Assembly (NCBI GenBank): GCA_002269645.1
Contig: NIVC01001735.1
Coordinates: 1-64,000, forward strand
Source: Macrostomum lignano
Taxonomy: Eukaryota
Length of the DNA stretch: 64,000 bases
Direction of reading: 5' to 3'
Below the pieces are notes generated by a model. That model was not told the DNA's origin, made no database searches, and was given only the letters and a program-made list of their open reading frames with translations. The translations under genes were made by a program, and so were the position numbers. Shown here piece by piece: positions 35,893-47,900 of this stretch (the stretch's first letter is position 1; each line of letters opens with the position of its first letter).

Positions 35893-38800
35893 ATGCCGGC
35901 CAAACGCAGAGGCCAAACGGCCACCACCCACGTATTCTCCGGCATGAGCTTCGCTTTATCGAAGCACGAACCGCGCCGCGCCCGCCTTGCCGACTGTATT
36001 CGCCGACATGGCGGAGCTGTGGTCGCTGTCAACAATTTTAGCCGTCGTTGCCAGTCCGACCCGCCTAATATAGACTTTTTTGTGCAGAGCTACAATTGCG
36101 AATTCGATGACAAATTCAACGAGGCAATTGGCGCGCGCTCGGACAACACGGTGCCGGCCGACTATGTGCTGCAGTGCGCCGCTAGAGGCCGCCTGCTCGA
36201 TGTCCGACTTCACGCGCTTGGGTGGCTGGGCGAAGACGGAGATGACCGGTGAGAGAAGGAGAGAGTGGCAGAGAGACTGGGGGAGGGTAGCAGCCCCCTG
36301 GCCCTGAGAGACTGGGGGGGGTCTGGGGAGTAGCAGCCACCCTGAGAGACTGGCGGAGGGTGGGGGGAGTAGCAGCCACCCTGAGATACTGGCGGAGGGT
36401 GGGGGGAGTAGCAGCCACCCTGAGAGACTGGCGGAGGGTGGGGGGAGTAGCAGCCACCCTGAGAGACTGGCGGAGGGTGGGGGGAGTAGCAGCCACCCTG
36501 AGATACTGGCGGAGGGTGGGGGGAGTAGCAGCCACCCTGAGAGACTGGCGGAGGGTGGGGGAGTAGCAGCTACCCTGAGAGACTGGCGGAGGGTGGGGGG
36601 AGTAGCAGCCCCTGAGAGACTGGCGGAGGGTGGTGGGAGTAGCAGCCCCCTGAGATACTGGCGGAGGGTGGGGGGAGTAGCAGCTCCCTGAGATACTGGG
36701 GGAGGGTGGTGGGAGTAGCAGCCCCCTGAGATACTGGGGGGGAGGGTGGTGGGAGTAGCAGCCCCCTGAGATACTGGGGGGAGGGTGGTGGTAGTAGCAG
36801 CCCCCTGAGATACTGGGGGGAGGGTGGTGGGAGTAGCAGCTCCCTGAGATACTGGCGGAGGGTGGGGGAGTAGCAGCTCCCTGAGATACTGGGGGAGGGT
36901 GGTGGGAGTAGCAGCCCCCTGAGATACTGGGGGGGAGGGTGGTGGGAGTAGCAGCCCCCTGAGATACTGGGGGGAGGGTGGTGGGAGTAGCAGCCCCCTG
37001 AGATACTGGGGGGAGGGTGGTGGGAGTAGCAGCCCCCTGAGATACTGGGGGAGGCTGGTGGGAGTAGCAGCCCCCTGAGATACTGGGGGGAGGGTGGTGG
37101 GAGTAGCAGCCACCCTGAGAGACTGGCGGAGGGTGGTGGGAGTAGCAGCCCCCTGAGATACTGGGGGGGAGGGTGGTGGGAGTAGCAGCCCCCTGAGATA
37201 CGAGACTGGGGGGAGGTTGGGTAGAGTAGCAGCTCTAATCTGCCTAATCTCCACCCGCATCGGGCAGCAGTGAAGACTCGGCCCTAGCGGCCTGTCTGGC
37301 CTCTCTCCTACCGGCCTGGCCCCGGCCGCTTCCCAACCTGCTGGAGTCGCAGTGCCAGCCGCAGTGCTACGCCGAGTTTCTCGACTTTCCCGACCGATTT
37401 CAACGAGGAGAATCGCCCTCGGTGCTGCGACTGATTCGCATCCGACAACTGGGGGAGAGCGGGCAGGTGGCCGCGAACAGCGATTTGGTTGAATTCCTTC
37501 GCGCCTCCACTGGCTGTAGCGTTGTTTTTGGCTCTGGCTCCGGCAGCAGCGGCCGCGATTGCCTCCTGACTTGGCGGCCGGCTGGAAAGTCTTTGGCCCG
37601 GCTTCGCGTAGGGCAGTACGACTACGATATTGGACTGCGCAGGCGGGGCGGTCGAGCCTATCTGGAGGTCAGATGCTCTGATTTGTACCGTTGGAAGTTT
37701 GGGTTGGGTCATGGACAGTTTGGGTCATGGCAGTCATGACAACCTGAGTCATATAGTTTGGGTCATAGACAGTTTGATTGAATCATAGACAGTTTGGGTC
37801 ATAGACAGTTTAAATCATAGACAGTTGGGTCATGAACAGTTTGGATCATAGGCAGTTTGGTTCATAGGCAGTTTGGTTCATAGACAGTGTGGGTCATAGA
37901 CAGTTTGGGTCATAGACAGTTTGGGTCATAGACAACTTGGGTCATAGACAGTTTGGATCATAGGCAGTTTGGTTCATAGACAGTGTGGGTCATAGACAGT
38001 TTGGGTCATAGACAGTTTGGGTCATAGACAACTTCGGTCATAGACAGTTTGGGTCATAGACAGTTTGGGTCATAGACAACTTGGGTCATATACAGTTTGG
38101 GTCATAGACAGTTTGGGTCATAGACAGTTTGGGTCATAGACAGTTTGGGTCATAGACAACTTGGGTCATATACAGTTTAGGTCATAGACAGTTTGGGTCA
38201 TAGACAGTTTAAATCATAGACAGTTGGGTCATGAACAGTTTGGGTCATAGACAGTTTGGGTCATAGACAGTTTGGGTCATAGACAGTTTGGGTCATAGAC
38301 AGTTTGGGTCATAGACAGTTTAAATCATAGACAGTTGGGTCATGAACAGTTTGGGTCATAGACAGTTTGGGTCATGAACAGTTTGGGTCATAGACAGTTT
38401 GGGTCATAGACAGTTTGGGTCATAGACAGTTTAAATCATAGACAGTTGGGTCATGAACAGTTTGGGTCATAGACAGTTCGCTACGCGACAGTTTCGGTCG
38501 TGGAAAGTTCGCTACGCGTTGATGAATTCTATGTAATTCATTGAAAACATATTTTTCCTATCTTCTATCACCAATTCAACAAGCCATCTAGATGCCAGTC
38601 TAAATTATGGGGCATAGTAGATCGAGTCACAGCCTGAGTATGTGTACTTCGAATTTGTGCAAAATTGCAGCTATATGTAGATCAAAGAGTCCTTGCCCAA
38701 AGACACATCAGTAGCTTTTTAATAATAAAAAGTCATAGACATTCCTACTCTACTGTTAGTAAAAATGTAAGCAATTAGCTAATAAAATTATAGTAAGCAT

Positions 38801-39466
38801 TTTTATATATTAAACTAGCTACTGAAAGTAAAAATAAGAGTTTTTTAAGTTGCAAAATAACGAGTAAAACACGCACACACACAAGTCCTATGATTCGCCC
38901 CTCGCTCGCGTACACAGGCCATGGACCTCATAGCGGCTCTGTCAGACGCTGTGCACAATCCGTCTACTGAATCCGTCACCGTGGCTCTGCTTTCTAACGG
39001 CCTGTTCGAGCGTGGAATCTCCGAGCCAATCTACGGCCGCGGCACCGGGGACCGCTGCTGCGTAGTTTCAACCGCATCAGCAGCCTCCTTGGACTCGGCC
39101 GTGGACCCGATGATGTCCCGGCACCACCTGTTGGGCACATCGCTGCACGAACTGCTGCACTGCTTCGGTCTGGATCATTGTCCCTACGCCAGCTGCGTGT
39201 TGAATGCCTACAGCGACGACAGCGGCTTGCTCGACGAAGCCTCTCTGCCTGCCCTGCTGATCTGCCCGGTAGATCTGCGGAAGCTGTGCTCAATAGTCAG
39301 TCCGGATTCTGCTAATACTGTCCTGTTGTCCGGCCGCCGGCTGCCTGAGTATTTCGATAGGTTAGCGGCTCTGCTCAGCCGCCTGCGGCTGGGTGCCAAT
39401 GTCAGCCTGGCTGAGGCTATGCGAGATCGAGCTGTAGCTGCTTTAGAAGCAATTGGAGAGCCATAG
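35893..39466 (+). CDS. BRCT-domain + archaemetzincin (peptidase M54-like) zinc metalloprotease fusion, 3 exons, ~433 aa
   Basis: Exons 35893-36248, 37271-37667, 38918-39466 (1302 nt; phases 2 and 0 match). Exon 1 is BRCT-like (FSGMSFAL...RLADCIRRHGGAVV...VPADYVLQCAARGRLL). Exon 2 resembles the AMZ N-terminus (PQCYAEFL...IRIRQLG...LVEFL). Exon 3 has HELLHCFGLDHCPYASCVLN and LLICPVDLRKL. Confidence 0.8.
36275..37225. repeat. G-rich ~38-bp minisatellite in BRCT-AMZ intron 1
   Basis: (GAGACTGGCGGAGGGTGGGGGGAGTAGCAGCCACCCTG)n. Confidence 0.92.
37700..38480. repeat. 16-bp minisatellite (GGGTCATAGACAGTTT)n in BRCT-AMZ intron 2
   Basis: Direct reading. Confidence 0.92.
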
Positions 39467-39859
39467 CAGCTCGGCTGTAAACGTGTCTGTAGTATCTTGC
39501 GCCAGGGCCCTCTGGTTGGATTCTGGGCATTCATTATGGTGCATAGAATTGGCCATGGGGCTGTCGTGCGGCTCTCAGCCATGAGGGCCAAACCCCAAAG
39601 CACGTATGTGTGCGTGCCTGCGTATTATATTGGCGCGCTTGTATGTGTGTGCTCAAGAGAGTGCTCACCGGAATGGGCAGATTTCGGTCATGGATTCGGC
39701 TAACGAACAGTTTTTCTGCATCAGTACGAGCGTACAAAACCCCTCTGTGATAATGCGTGTGCGTTCTTGTTTTTAGGTGCCTTGTTAATAAATAAATCTG
39801 ATCATTTATTTTATAATTTATCTTTTTTATAAATCTTTTTAATTGTCTCTTTTTTGTCC

Positions 39860-41700
39860 AATTTGACTGACTGACTAACTGACTCCCTCATTGACTGACT
39901 CCCTCATTGACTCACTGACTCACTCATTGACTGACTCCCTCATTGACTCACTGACTCACTCATTGACTGACTCCCTCATTGACTGACTCCCTCATTGACT
40001 GACTCCCTCATTGACTGACTCCCTCATTGACTGACTCCCTCATTGACTGACTCCCTCATTGACTGACTCCCACATTGACTGACTCCCTCATTGACTGACT
40101 CCCTCATTGACTCACTGACTCACTCATTGACTGACTCCCTCATTGACTGACTCCCTCATTGACTGACTCCCTCATTGACTGACTCCCTCATTGACTCACT
40201 GACTCACTCATTGACTCACTGACTCACTCATTGACTCACTGACTCACTCATTGACTCACTGACTCACTCATTGACTCACTGACTCCCTCATTGACTCACT
40301 GACTCACTCATTGACTCACTGACTCACTCATTGACTGACTCCCTCATTGACTGACTCCCTCATTGACTGACTCCCTTATTGACTGACTCCCTCATTGACT
40401 GACTCCCTCATTGACTCACTGACTCCCTCATTGACTGACTCCCTCATTGACTGACTCCCTCATTGACTCCCTCATTGACTGACTGACTCCCTCATTGACT
40501 CACTGACTCACTCATTGACTGACTCCCTCATTGACTAACTCCCTCATTGACTGACTCCCTCATTGACTGACTCCCTCATTGACTGACTCCCTCATTGACT
40601 GACTCCCTCATTGACTGACTCCCTCATTGACTCACTGACTCACTCATTGACTGACTCCCTCATTGACTGACTCCCTCATTGACTGACTCCCTCATTGACT
40701 CCCTCATTGACTGACTGACTCCCTCATTGACTCACTGACTCACTCATTGACTGACTCCCTCATTGACTGGCTCCCTCATTGACTGACTCCCTCATTGACT
40801 CCCTCATTGACTGACTCCCTCATTGACTGGCTCCCTCATTGACTCCCTCATTGACTGACTCCCTCATTGACTGGCTCCCTCATTGACTGACTCCCTCATT
40901 GACTCCCTCATTGACTGACTGACTGACTCACTCACTCATTGACTGACTAACTGACTCACTCGTTGACTCACAGACTCACTCATTGAATCACTCATTGACT
41001 GACTCACTTACTCACTGACTCACTGACTGACTCACTTACTCACTGACTCACTGACTGACTCACTGACTGACTTGAGTGAGTGGGTGACTGACTCACTGAC
41101 TGACTTGAGTGAGTGGGTGACTGACTCACTGACTGACTCACAGACTCACTGACTCACTGACTGACTGAGTCACCGACTGACTCACTGACTGACTCGCTGA
41201 CTGACTTAAGTGAGTGGGTGACTGACTCACTGACTGACTTAAGTGAGTGGGTGACTGACTCACTGACTGATTCAATGACTCACGGACTGACTGACTCACT
41301 GACTCACTGACTCACTGACTCACTGACTGACTCACTGACTGACTTGAGTGAGGGGGTGACTGACTGACTCACAGACTCACTTACTCACTGACTCACTGAC
41401 TGACTGAGTCACCGACTGACTCACTGACTGAGTCACCGACTGACTCACTGACTGACTCACTGACTGACTTAAGTGAGTGGGTGACTGACTCAATGACTCA
41501 CGGACTGACTGACTCACTGACTCACTGTCTCACGGACTGACTGACTCACTGACTGACTCACTGACTCACTGACTGACTCACTGACTGACTGACTCACCGA
41601 CTGACTCACTGACTGACTCACTGACTCACGGACAGACTGACTCACTGACTGACTTGAGTGAGGGGTGACTGACTGACTCACTGACTCATGGACTGTGTCT
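39860..41700. repeat. Compound array: 16-bp (CTGACTCCCTCATTGA)n grading into (GACTGACTCACT)n
   Basis: Direct reading; lies between BRCT-AMZ and SMAD4. Confidence 0.92.
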
Positions 41701-41862
41701 GAACGAAACCGCAGCATGCTTGACGACAGACTGCTGCCAGTAATAAATCCAGCTTGTTAATAAATTTCCAGCCGCCAGCGCTGAGCGCGGTGTCATATTT
41801 CAACAACCGAAGAAGCTTCTGTCAAAAAAGATTATTCGCCTCTATAAAAGACTTCCCAGTCA

Positions 41863-44800
41863 ATGCTGTCCCTAAACATGAACAGCAGCAATCCGCCTGC
41901 GGTCTGCAATCCGCCCGCGGCGGCGCCGTCTCCCGCCTATTCGGCCGCCAGCAGCAGCGCCGCCATGGCAATGCAGCACCCGCCTCAGTCGCCCGCCTCA
42001 GTTGGCGCCGCCTCCTCCGTCACGTCCTCCGACGCTTGCCTGTCAATTGTGCACTCGCTGATGTGCCACAGGCAGGGCGGCGAGTCCGAGGGGTTCAGCA
42101 AGAAGGCTATCGAGTCGCTGGTCAAGAAGCTGAAAGATAAGCGCGACGAATTGGACGCGCTGATTCAAGCTGTGACCAGCAACGGTAATCAGCCTACAAA
42201 GTGCGTCACCATACCCAGGACTCTTGACGGCCGGCTGCAGGTAATAACTGGCGCTTTGATTTTGATTGATACCGTGTAATCCCACCGTTTGTCACCCTGT
42301 GCTCCCACCGTTTGTCACCCTGTGATCCCACCGTTTGTCACCCTGTGATTCCACCGTTTGTCACCCTGTGATTCCACTGTTTGTCACCCTGTGATTCCAC
42401 TGTTTGTCACCCTGTGATCCCACCGTTTGTCACCCTGTGATTCCACTGTTTGTCACCCTGTGATTCCACTGTTTGTCACCCTGTGATCCCACCGTTTGTC
42501 ACCCTGTGATTCCACTGTTTGTCACCCTGTGATTCCACTGTTTGTCACCCTGTGATTCCACTGTTTGTCATCTTGTAATCCCACAGTTTGTCACTCTGGG
42601 ATCCCACCGATTGTCACCCTGGGATCCCACTGTTTGTCATCTTGTAATCCCACAGTTTGTCACTCTGGGATCCCACCGATTGTCACCCTGGGATCCCACT
42701 GTTTGTCATCTTGTAATCCCACTATTGCCACTCTCTGATCCCACTATTATCACCCTCTGATCCCATATTACCACTCTCTGATCCAACTATTATCAGCCTG
42801 TGATCCCACTATCATCACCCTCTGATCCCACTATTATTACCCTCTGATCCAACTATTATCAGCCTGTGATCCCCAAACACTCCAGGTGGCCGGTCGTAAA
42901 GGCTTTCCCCACGTGGTGTACGCGAAGATCTGGCGCTGGCCGGACCTGCACAAGAACGAGCTCAAGCACACCCGCCAGTGCCAGTACGCGTTCGAGCTCA
43001 AGCAGGACGCCGTCTGCGTCAATCCGTATCATTACGAGCGCGTGGTCAGCCCCGGCTTGGAGTTCTCCACTCTCAGCCTTGGCGATGATGACGACGCCAC
43101 CTCTCAGCCTGATTATGCTTCCCCTATGCTGCACCAGCAGCAGCACCTTCAGCACCAGCCTCAGTCTCAGCTGCATCCGCACCAGCTGCATCCTGGCCAG
43201 CATCAGCAGCAGCAACAGCAGCCGCCGCCGCAGCATCATCTGCATCATCACAACCAGCAGCAGCAGCAGCAGCAACAGCATCACGGAAGCTGGGGAGCTC
43301 AAGCCATGCCGCCGCCTCCGCCCATTCATCATCAGCAGCTGCAGCATCACCAGCTGCCGCCATTGTCAGTGGCCACTCCCTGGGTTGATCGCAGCGTCTC
43401 TTGTCAGCAGCCGCTAACCAGGCAGCCTCACCCGGTGCACTGGTGCACCATCACCTACTATGAGCAAGCCGAGCAGGTTGGCGAAATGTTCAAGGTGCCC
43501 TACCAGCAATCCAAGGTGATCATTGACGGCTACACTGACCCTTCGTCCAGTCATCGCTTCTGCCTCGGCCAGTTGAGCAACGTTCACCGCAGCGAGGTCT
43601 CCGAGCGAGCCAGGCTGCACATCGGCAAAGGCGTCAAGCTGACTATGCGAGACGAGGGCAACGTGTGGCTGGAAGTGCTCTCCGACCACTCCGTCTTTGT
43701 TGGCACCTTCTATCTGGACCGGGAGGCTGGCCGCCCGCCCGGCGATGTTGTGCACAAAATCTATCCGGGAACTCATATTAAGGTGAATCTGGGTGAAAAT
43801 CTAGATGTGAGGATCAGATCAAGGTGACCCTCTGTAGATATGAGGATCAGATCAAGGTGACCCTCTGTAGATATGAGGATCAGATCAAGGTGACCATCTG
43901 TAGATGCGAGGATCAGATCAAGGTGACCCTCTGTAGATATGAGGATCAGATCAAGGTGACCATCTGTAGATGCGAGGATCAGATCAAGGTGACTAGAGTC
44001 TGTAGATGTGAGGATCAGATCAAGGTGACTAGAGTCTGTAGATGTGAGGATCGGATCAAGGTGACTCCAGTCTGTAGATGTGAGGATCGGATCAAGGTAG
44101 GAGTCAGTAGATGTGATGATCAGATCAAGGTGACCATCTGTAGATGTGATGATCAGATCAAGGGGACCATCTGTAGATGTGAGGATCAGATCAAGGTGAC
44201 CATCTGTAGATGTGATGATCAGATCAAGGGGACCATCTGTAGATGTGATGATCAGATCAAGGTGACCATCTGTAGATGTGAGGATTAGATCAAGGTGACT
44301 AGAGTCTGTAGATGTGAGGATCGGATCAAGGTAGTAGTCAGTAGATGTGAGGCTATATACTAGTAGTATTTCAAGTACAGAAATGCCCATGTAGAATGAG
44401 CATCACTCATCTCTTTCTTCGAAATGACAATTTGTGTCTTAATAATTAAATATTTACTCTAAAAATCTATCGTTTATTTTTAAGAATCGGTTATTTACTT
44501 CTAAGAATATTTTGTTCATTTCTATAAATCGGTTATTTATTTCTAGAATCCTTTATTCATTTCTAGGAATCGGTTTTTTTAAGAATCGGTTTTTTTCTAC
44601 GAATCTTTTATTCATTTCTAATAACCGGTTTTTTATTTCTAAGAATCATTTATTCATTTCTAAGAATCGGTTCTTTTTTCTACGAAACTTTCATTTATTT
44701 CTAAGAATCGGTTTTTTATTTATAATAATATTTTATTCGTTACTAAGAAACAGTTATTCTCTCTCCCCCTCTCTCTTGTGAAGGTGTTTGACATCCTGCA

Positions 44801-45284
44801 GTGCCACCGGGACATGCGGGCCCAGGCCATCCAGGCGCAGCACACAGCCACAGCCACGGCTGCCGTTGTGGCCGGCGGCCCGGCCCCGGCCGCCGCCATC
44901 CCGTCGGCGAATCCCATCGCCCTGCAGGCCGGCGCCGGCATCGGCGTCGACGAACTGCGCCGCCTGTGCGTCCTGCGGATGAGCTTCGTGAAAGGCTGGG
45001 GGCCGGACTATCCGCGCAAGACCATCAAGGAGACGCCCTGCTGGGTTGAGGTTCAGCTGCACCGGCCGCTGCAGCTGCTTGACGAAGTGTTGCAGAGTCT
45101 GCCATTGAATGATTTGAAGCCTACGCGACACTTTCTGCAGCAGGGCGGCAGCGGCGGCGCCTCCGCCAGCCCGAAGCTTCCCAGCCAGCAACCGCCGCCC
45201 CCGCAGCAGCAGCCACAGCAGCAGCAGCAGGTGCCACCCGCTGCGGCACCGCCTCTATCGCAGCAGTCTGGCATTCATCACTAA
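41863..45284 (+). CDS. SMAD4: SMAD4/Medea co-Smad, 3 exons, ~591 aa
   Basis: Exons 41863-42240, 42886-43782, 44784-45284 (1776 nt). MH1: [61 protein letters not shown]2 with the SMAD4-specific insert and [27 protein letters not shown]. No C-terminal SSxS. Confidence 0.96.
42280..42870. repeat. 23-bp minisatellite (GTGATTCCACTGTTTGTCACCCT)n in SMAD4 intron 1
   Basis: Direct reading. Confidence 0.92.
43800..44355. repeat. 33/36-bp minisatellite (GATCAGATCAAGGTGACCATCTGTAGATGTGAG)n in SMAD4 intron 2
   Basis: Direct reading; a second degenerate AAGAATCGGTTTT array follows at ~44460-44750. Confidence 0.92.
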
Positions 45285-46404
45285 ACTCTGCAGACTCTAC
45301 ATTATACTATCCCTAATACCATAGCTATCCCTCCCGCTCTGCCCATTGGTTCTATTTGCAATACCTTTTTAATTTCTCTCTCTCTTGACAGTTTTCCTGT
45401 TTTGAGCAAAATTTAGCCTTGTTACAGTCATATAATCCTGTTTACAGGTTCCTCAATTGCGCTAATCTGATGTTGATTGTTTAATAATCTGTATTAGCAG
45501 GTCCACCTGTTTCAGGGGTGACGTCATACATTTGTACAAAAACTCGCGTATTTCCTTGTTTTTTAGCCGTTTTTTCATGTTAAAAATAAATGCATCAAAA
45601 GTGCGCATTGTACAACAACTTACAGTTGCAAATGAGAATTGAAAACTTGATTAATTGCATACAATTTCTACCGCTTACTGATATATGTTGCTTTCTTCTG
45701 CAAATGTAGAGCAGAACAATTTTTATATTTCATAGCAGCTAAATGAAAGCCTTTCTTTAAACCAATCGCCTGACGTTTTATTGCTAATTCTTATTGGTAA
45801 GCTATATAAGCAAGCTTTAATTTGTTGATGCCTTAATTACGCCTGTGTATTACAGTGTCTCCGCGTACATTCTACTTGCTATAAATGTATTGTTTTTGCG
45901 ATTTTTATTAGCTGACGATCTCTTATGAGTGCTTGCATTGTACACTGTACATATGCTGTAAGGCATAGTTTATAAGTTATTACTCGAATAATAATGCTTC
46001 TATTTCTCATGACCATGGATTTTCTAAACATGCCAAGCAAGGACACCTAGATCTAGAATCTGGATTAGAAACTTCGACCCAAATTTGAATTGCTTATTAT
46101 TTGGTTAGTAGCGCAGATACTAGAATAACTACTAGATACATGTACGAGTGTCACTCGCAAAATGCGTTTATCGACTCTTTTATTCAGTAGCACAATTAGC
46201 GTTTTTGCCTTTAATAATAACAAATTTTAAATTTTACAAAATATTTTCGTTTTTGAAGCTGCAACAATCGCCTCTGCATGGATTTCTATAAGCAGGCCCA
46301 TTAAATTAGCATTCCCACCCTGTTTAAAGCTGCGCCCAAATCTAGTGAGTGTTCATAGCCAGCCAGACCAGTAAACAGTTTGACTTTCCTCTTGCCCGCT
46401 TGTG

Positions 46405-46715
46405 ACTGATTTTGACCTCTCGCCTTCCTGCTCTCTCATTGGCTGAGCTAGATTTGGCCTGCCCCTCCTCCCCAGGCAGAGTTTCGTCCGCCTCACTTTG
46501 ACCTCTCTCCTTACTGCTCTCTCATTGGCTGAGCTAGATTAGGCCTGCCCCCTAGCCAGAGTTTCGTCCGCCTCACTTTGACCTCTCTCCTTACAGCTCT
46601 CTCATTGGCTGAGCTAGATTAGGCCTGCCCCCTAGCCAGAGTTTCGTCCGTCTGACTTTGACCTCTCTTCTTACTGCTCTCTCATTGGCTGAGCTAGATT
46701 AGGCTAGCCTGTTCC
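46405..46715. repeat. Four ~80-bp tandem copies, each containing ATTGG (reverse CCAAT box)
   Basis: Core CTCTCTCATTGGCTGAGCTAGATT repeated at ~80-bp spacing. Confidence 0.85.
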
Positions 46716-47569
46716 CTAGGCTGAAGTTTCGTTCATCTTGCGTTTACTTGTCTTATATTGAATTAAATGCTTGTTTTTAATTCTGAACTCCATGTACCCC
46801 TGAGACCGCTAACCCCGAGGAAGGAAGGAAAGTTAGCTGCCACATTAAATTTAGGTGACACTTCGCGTATAAACTACTGATAAACTGCACGCTCTACTTT
46901 TTCACAACTTTAATTGCGAGTGACATATCTACTGGTTACTCTAGTATCTGTCTGGTCAGGAGGAGTAGCCACTGCAGATTTGAGATGGATAGAAGATTGC
47001 GCTTATTTCGCTCGTAGACATGCTTGAGCCGGCAGGAATCAATTTTCAACTATTTAGAATTTAAAAAAGCGTTCTGCTTTTCTAAATTCACTTTATATAT
47101 AACATAACCAGTAGTACTAAAGTACATTGTGACTCATTTATACGCTTTGTAAAATTGAAAGACTCTATCCCTCTCTCGGACTAGCTCTTGTATTGTTTGC
47201 TTTTTATATAAATACAATTTATAATAATTGGCTGCTGCAGGTGCCAAACTGAATAAGCCGAAAGCTGCGACTTTTTGCCTGCAACAATAACATGCTGAAT
47301 AGTTGAATTTAATGTAAAGGTTTATTTATCTTGTAGTCTGGGCAGAGCAGGTGTTTGCTTTTACTCAAAACTAATTAGAACTGAGATTTATCAGACTTGT
47401 CTGAATACCGTATAATTAGGAAATATAAACAAAAATGTATTTTACGTAGTATAGTTAATCAGAGATTACACTTGTAATTTTAAATTTATGAGTAATTCTT
47501 AACCTTTTGCAATTTCTGCGAATATATACCGTTAATTATTGCGAAATAACTTTCGCAAGAGAGTGCTTG

Positions 47570-47900
47570 TTTGTCTGCTCCCAGCACTCTCTCAGGTTTG
47601 TCTGCTCCCAGCACTCTCTCAGGTTTGTCTGCTCCCAGCACTCTCTCAGGTTTGTCTGCTCCCAGCACTCTCTCAGGTTTGTCTGCTCCCAGCACTCTCT
47701 CAGGTTTGTCTGCTCCCAGCACTCTCTCAGGTTTGTCTGCTCCCAGCACTCTCTCAGGTCTGCCTCAGCTCCCAGCACTCTCTCAGGTCTGCCTCAGCTC
47801 CCAGCACTCTCTCAGGTCTGCCTCAGCTCCCAGCACTCTCTCAGGTCTGCCTCAGCTCCCAGCACTCTCTCAGGTCTGGCTCAGCTCCCAGCACTCTCTC
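47570..47900. repeat. 27-bp minisatellite overlapping the DEG/ENaC stop codon
   Basis: (CTCCCAGCACTCTCTCAGGTTTGTCTG)n grading into (CTCCCAGCACTCTCTCAGGTCTGCCTCAG)n. Confidence 0.9.

Noticed and set aside
35956-37260. 434-aa Pro-rich minus-strand ORF
   Set aside because: Antisense translation of the G-rich intron array plus BRCT exon.
39860-41700. Dense TGACTCA (AP-1) sites upstream of SMAD4 as an enhancer
   Set aside because: An inevitable by-product of the GACT/CACT repeat; no independent support.
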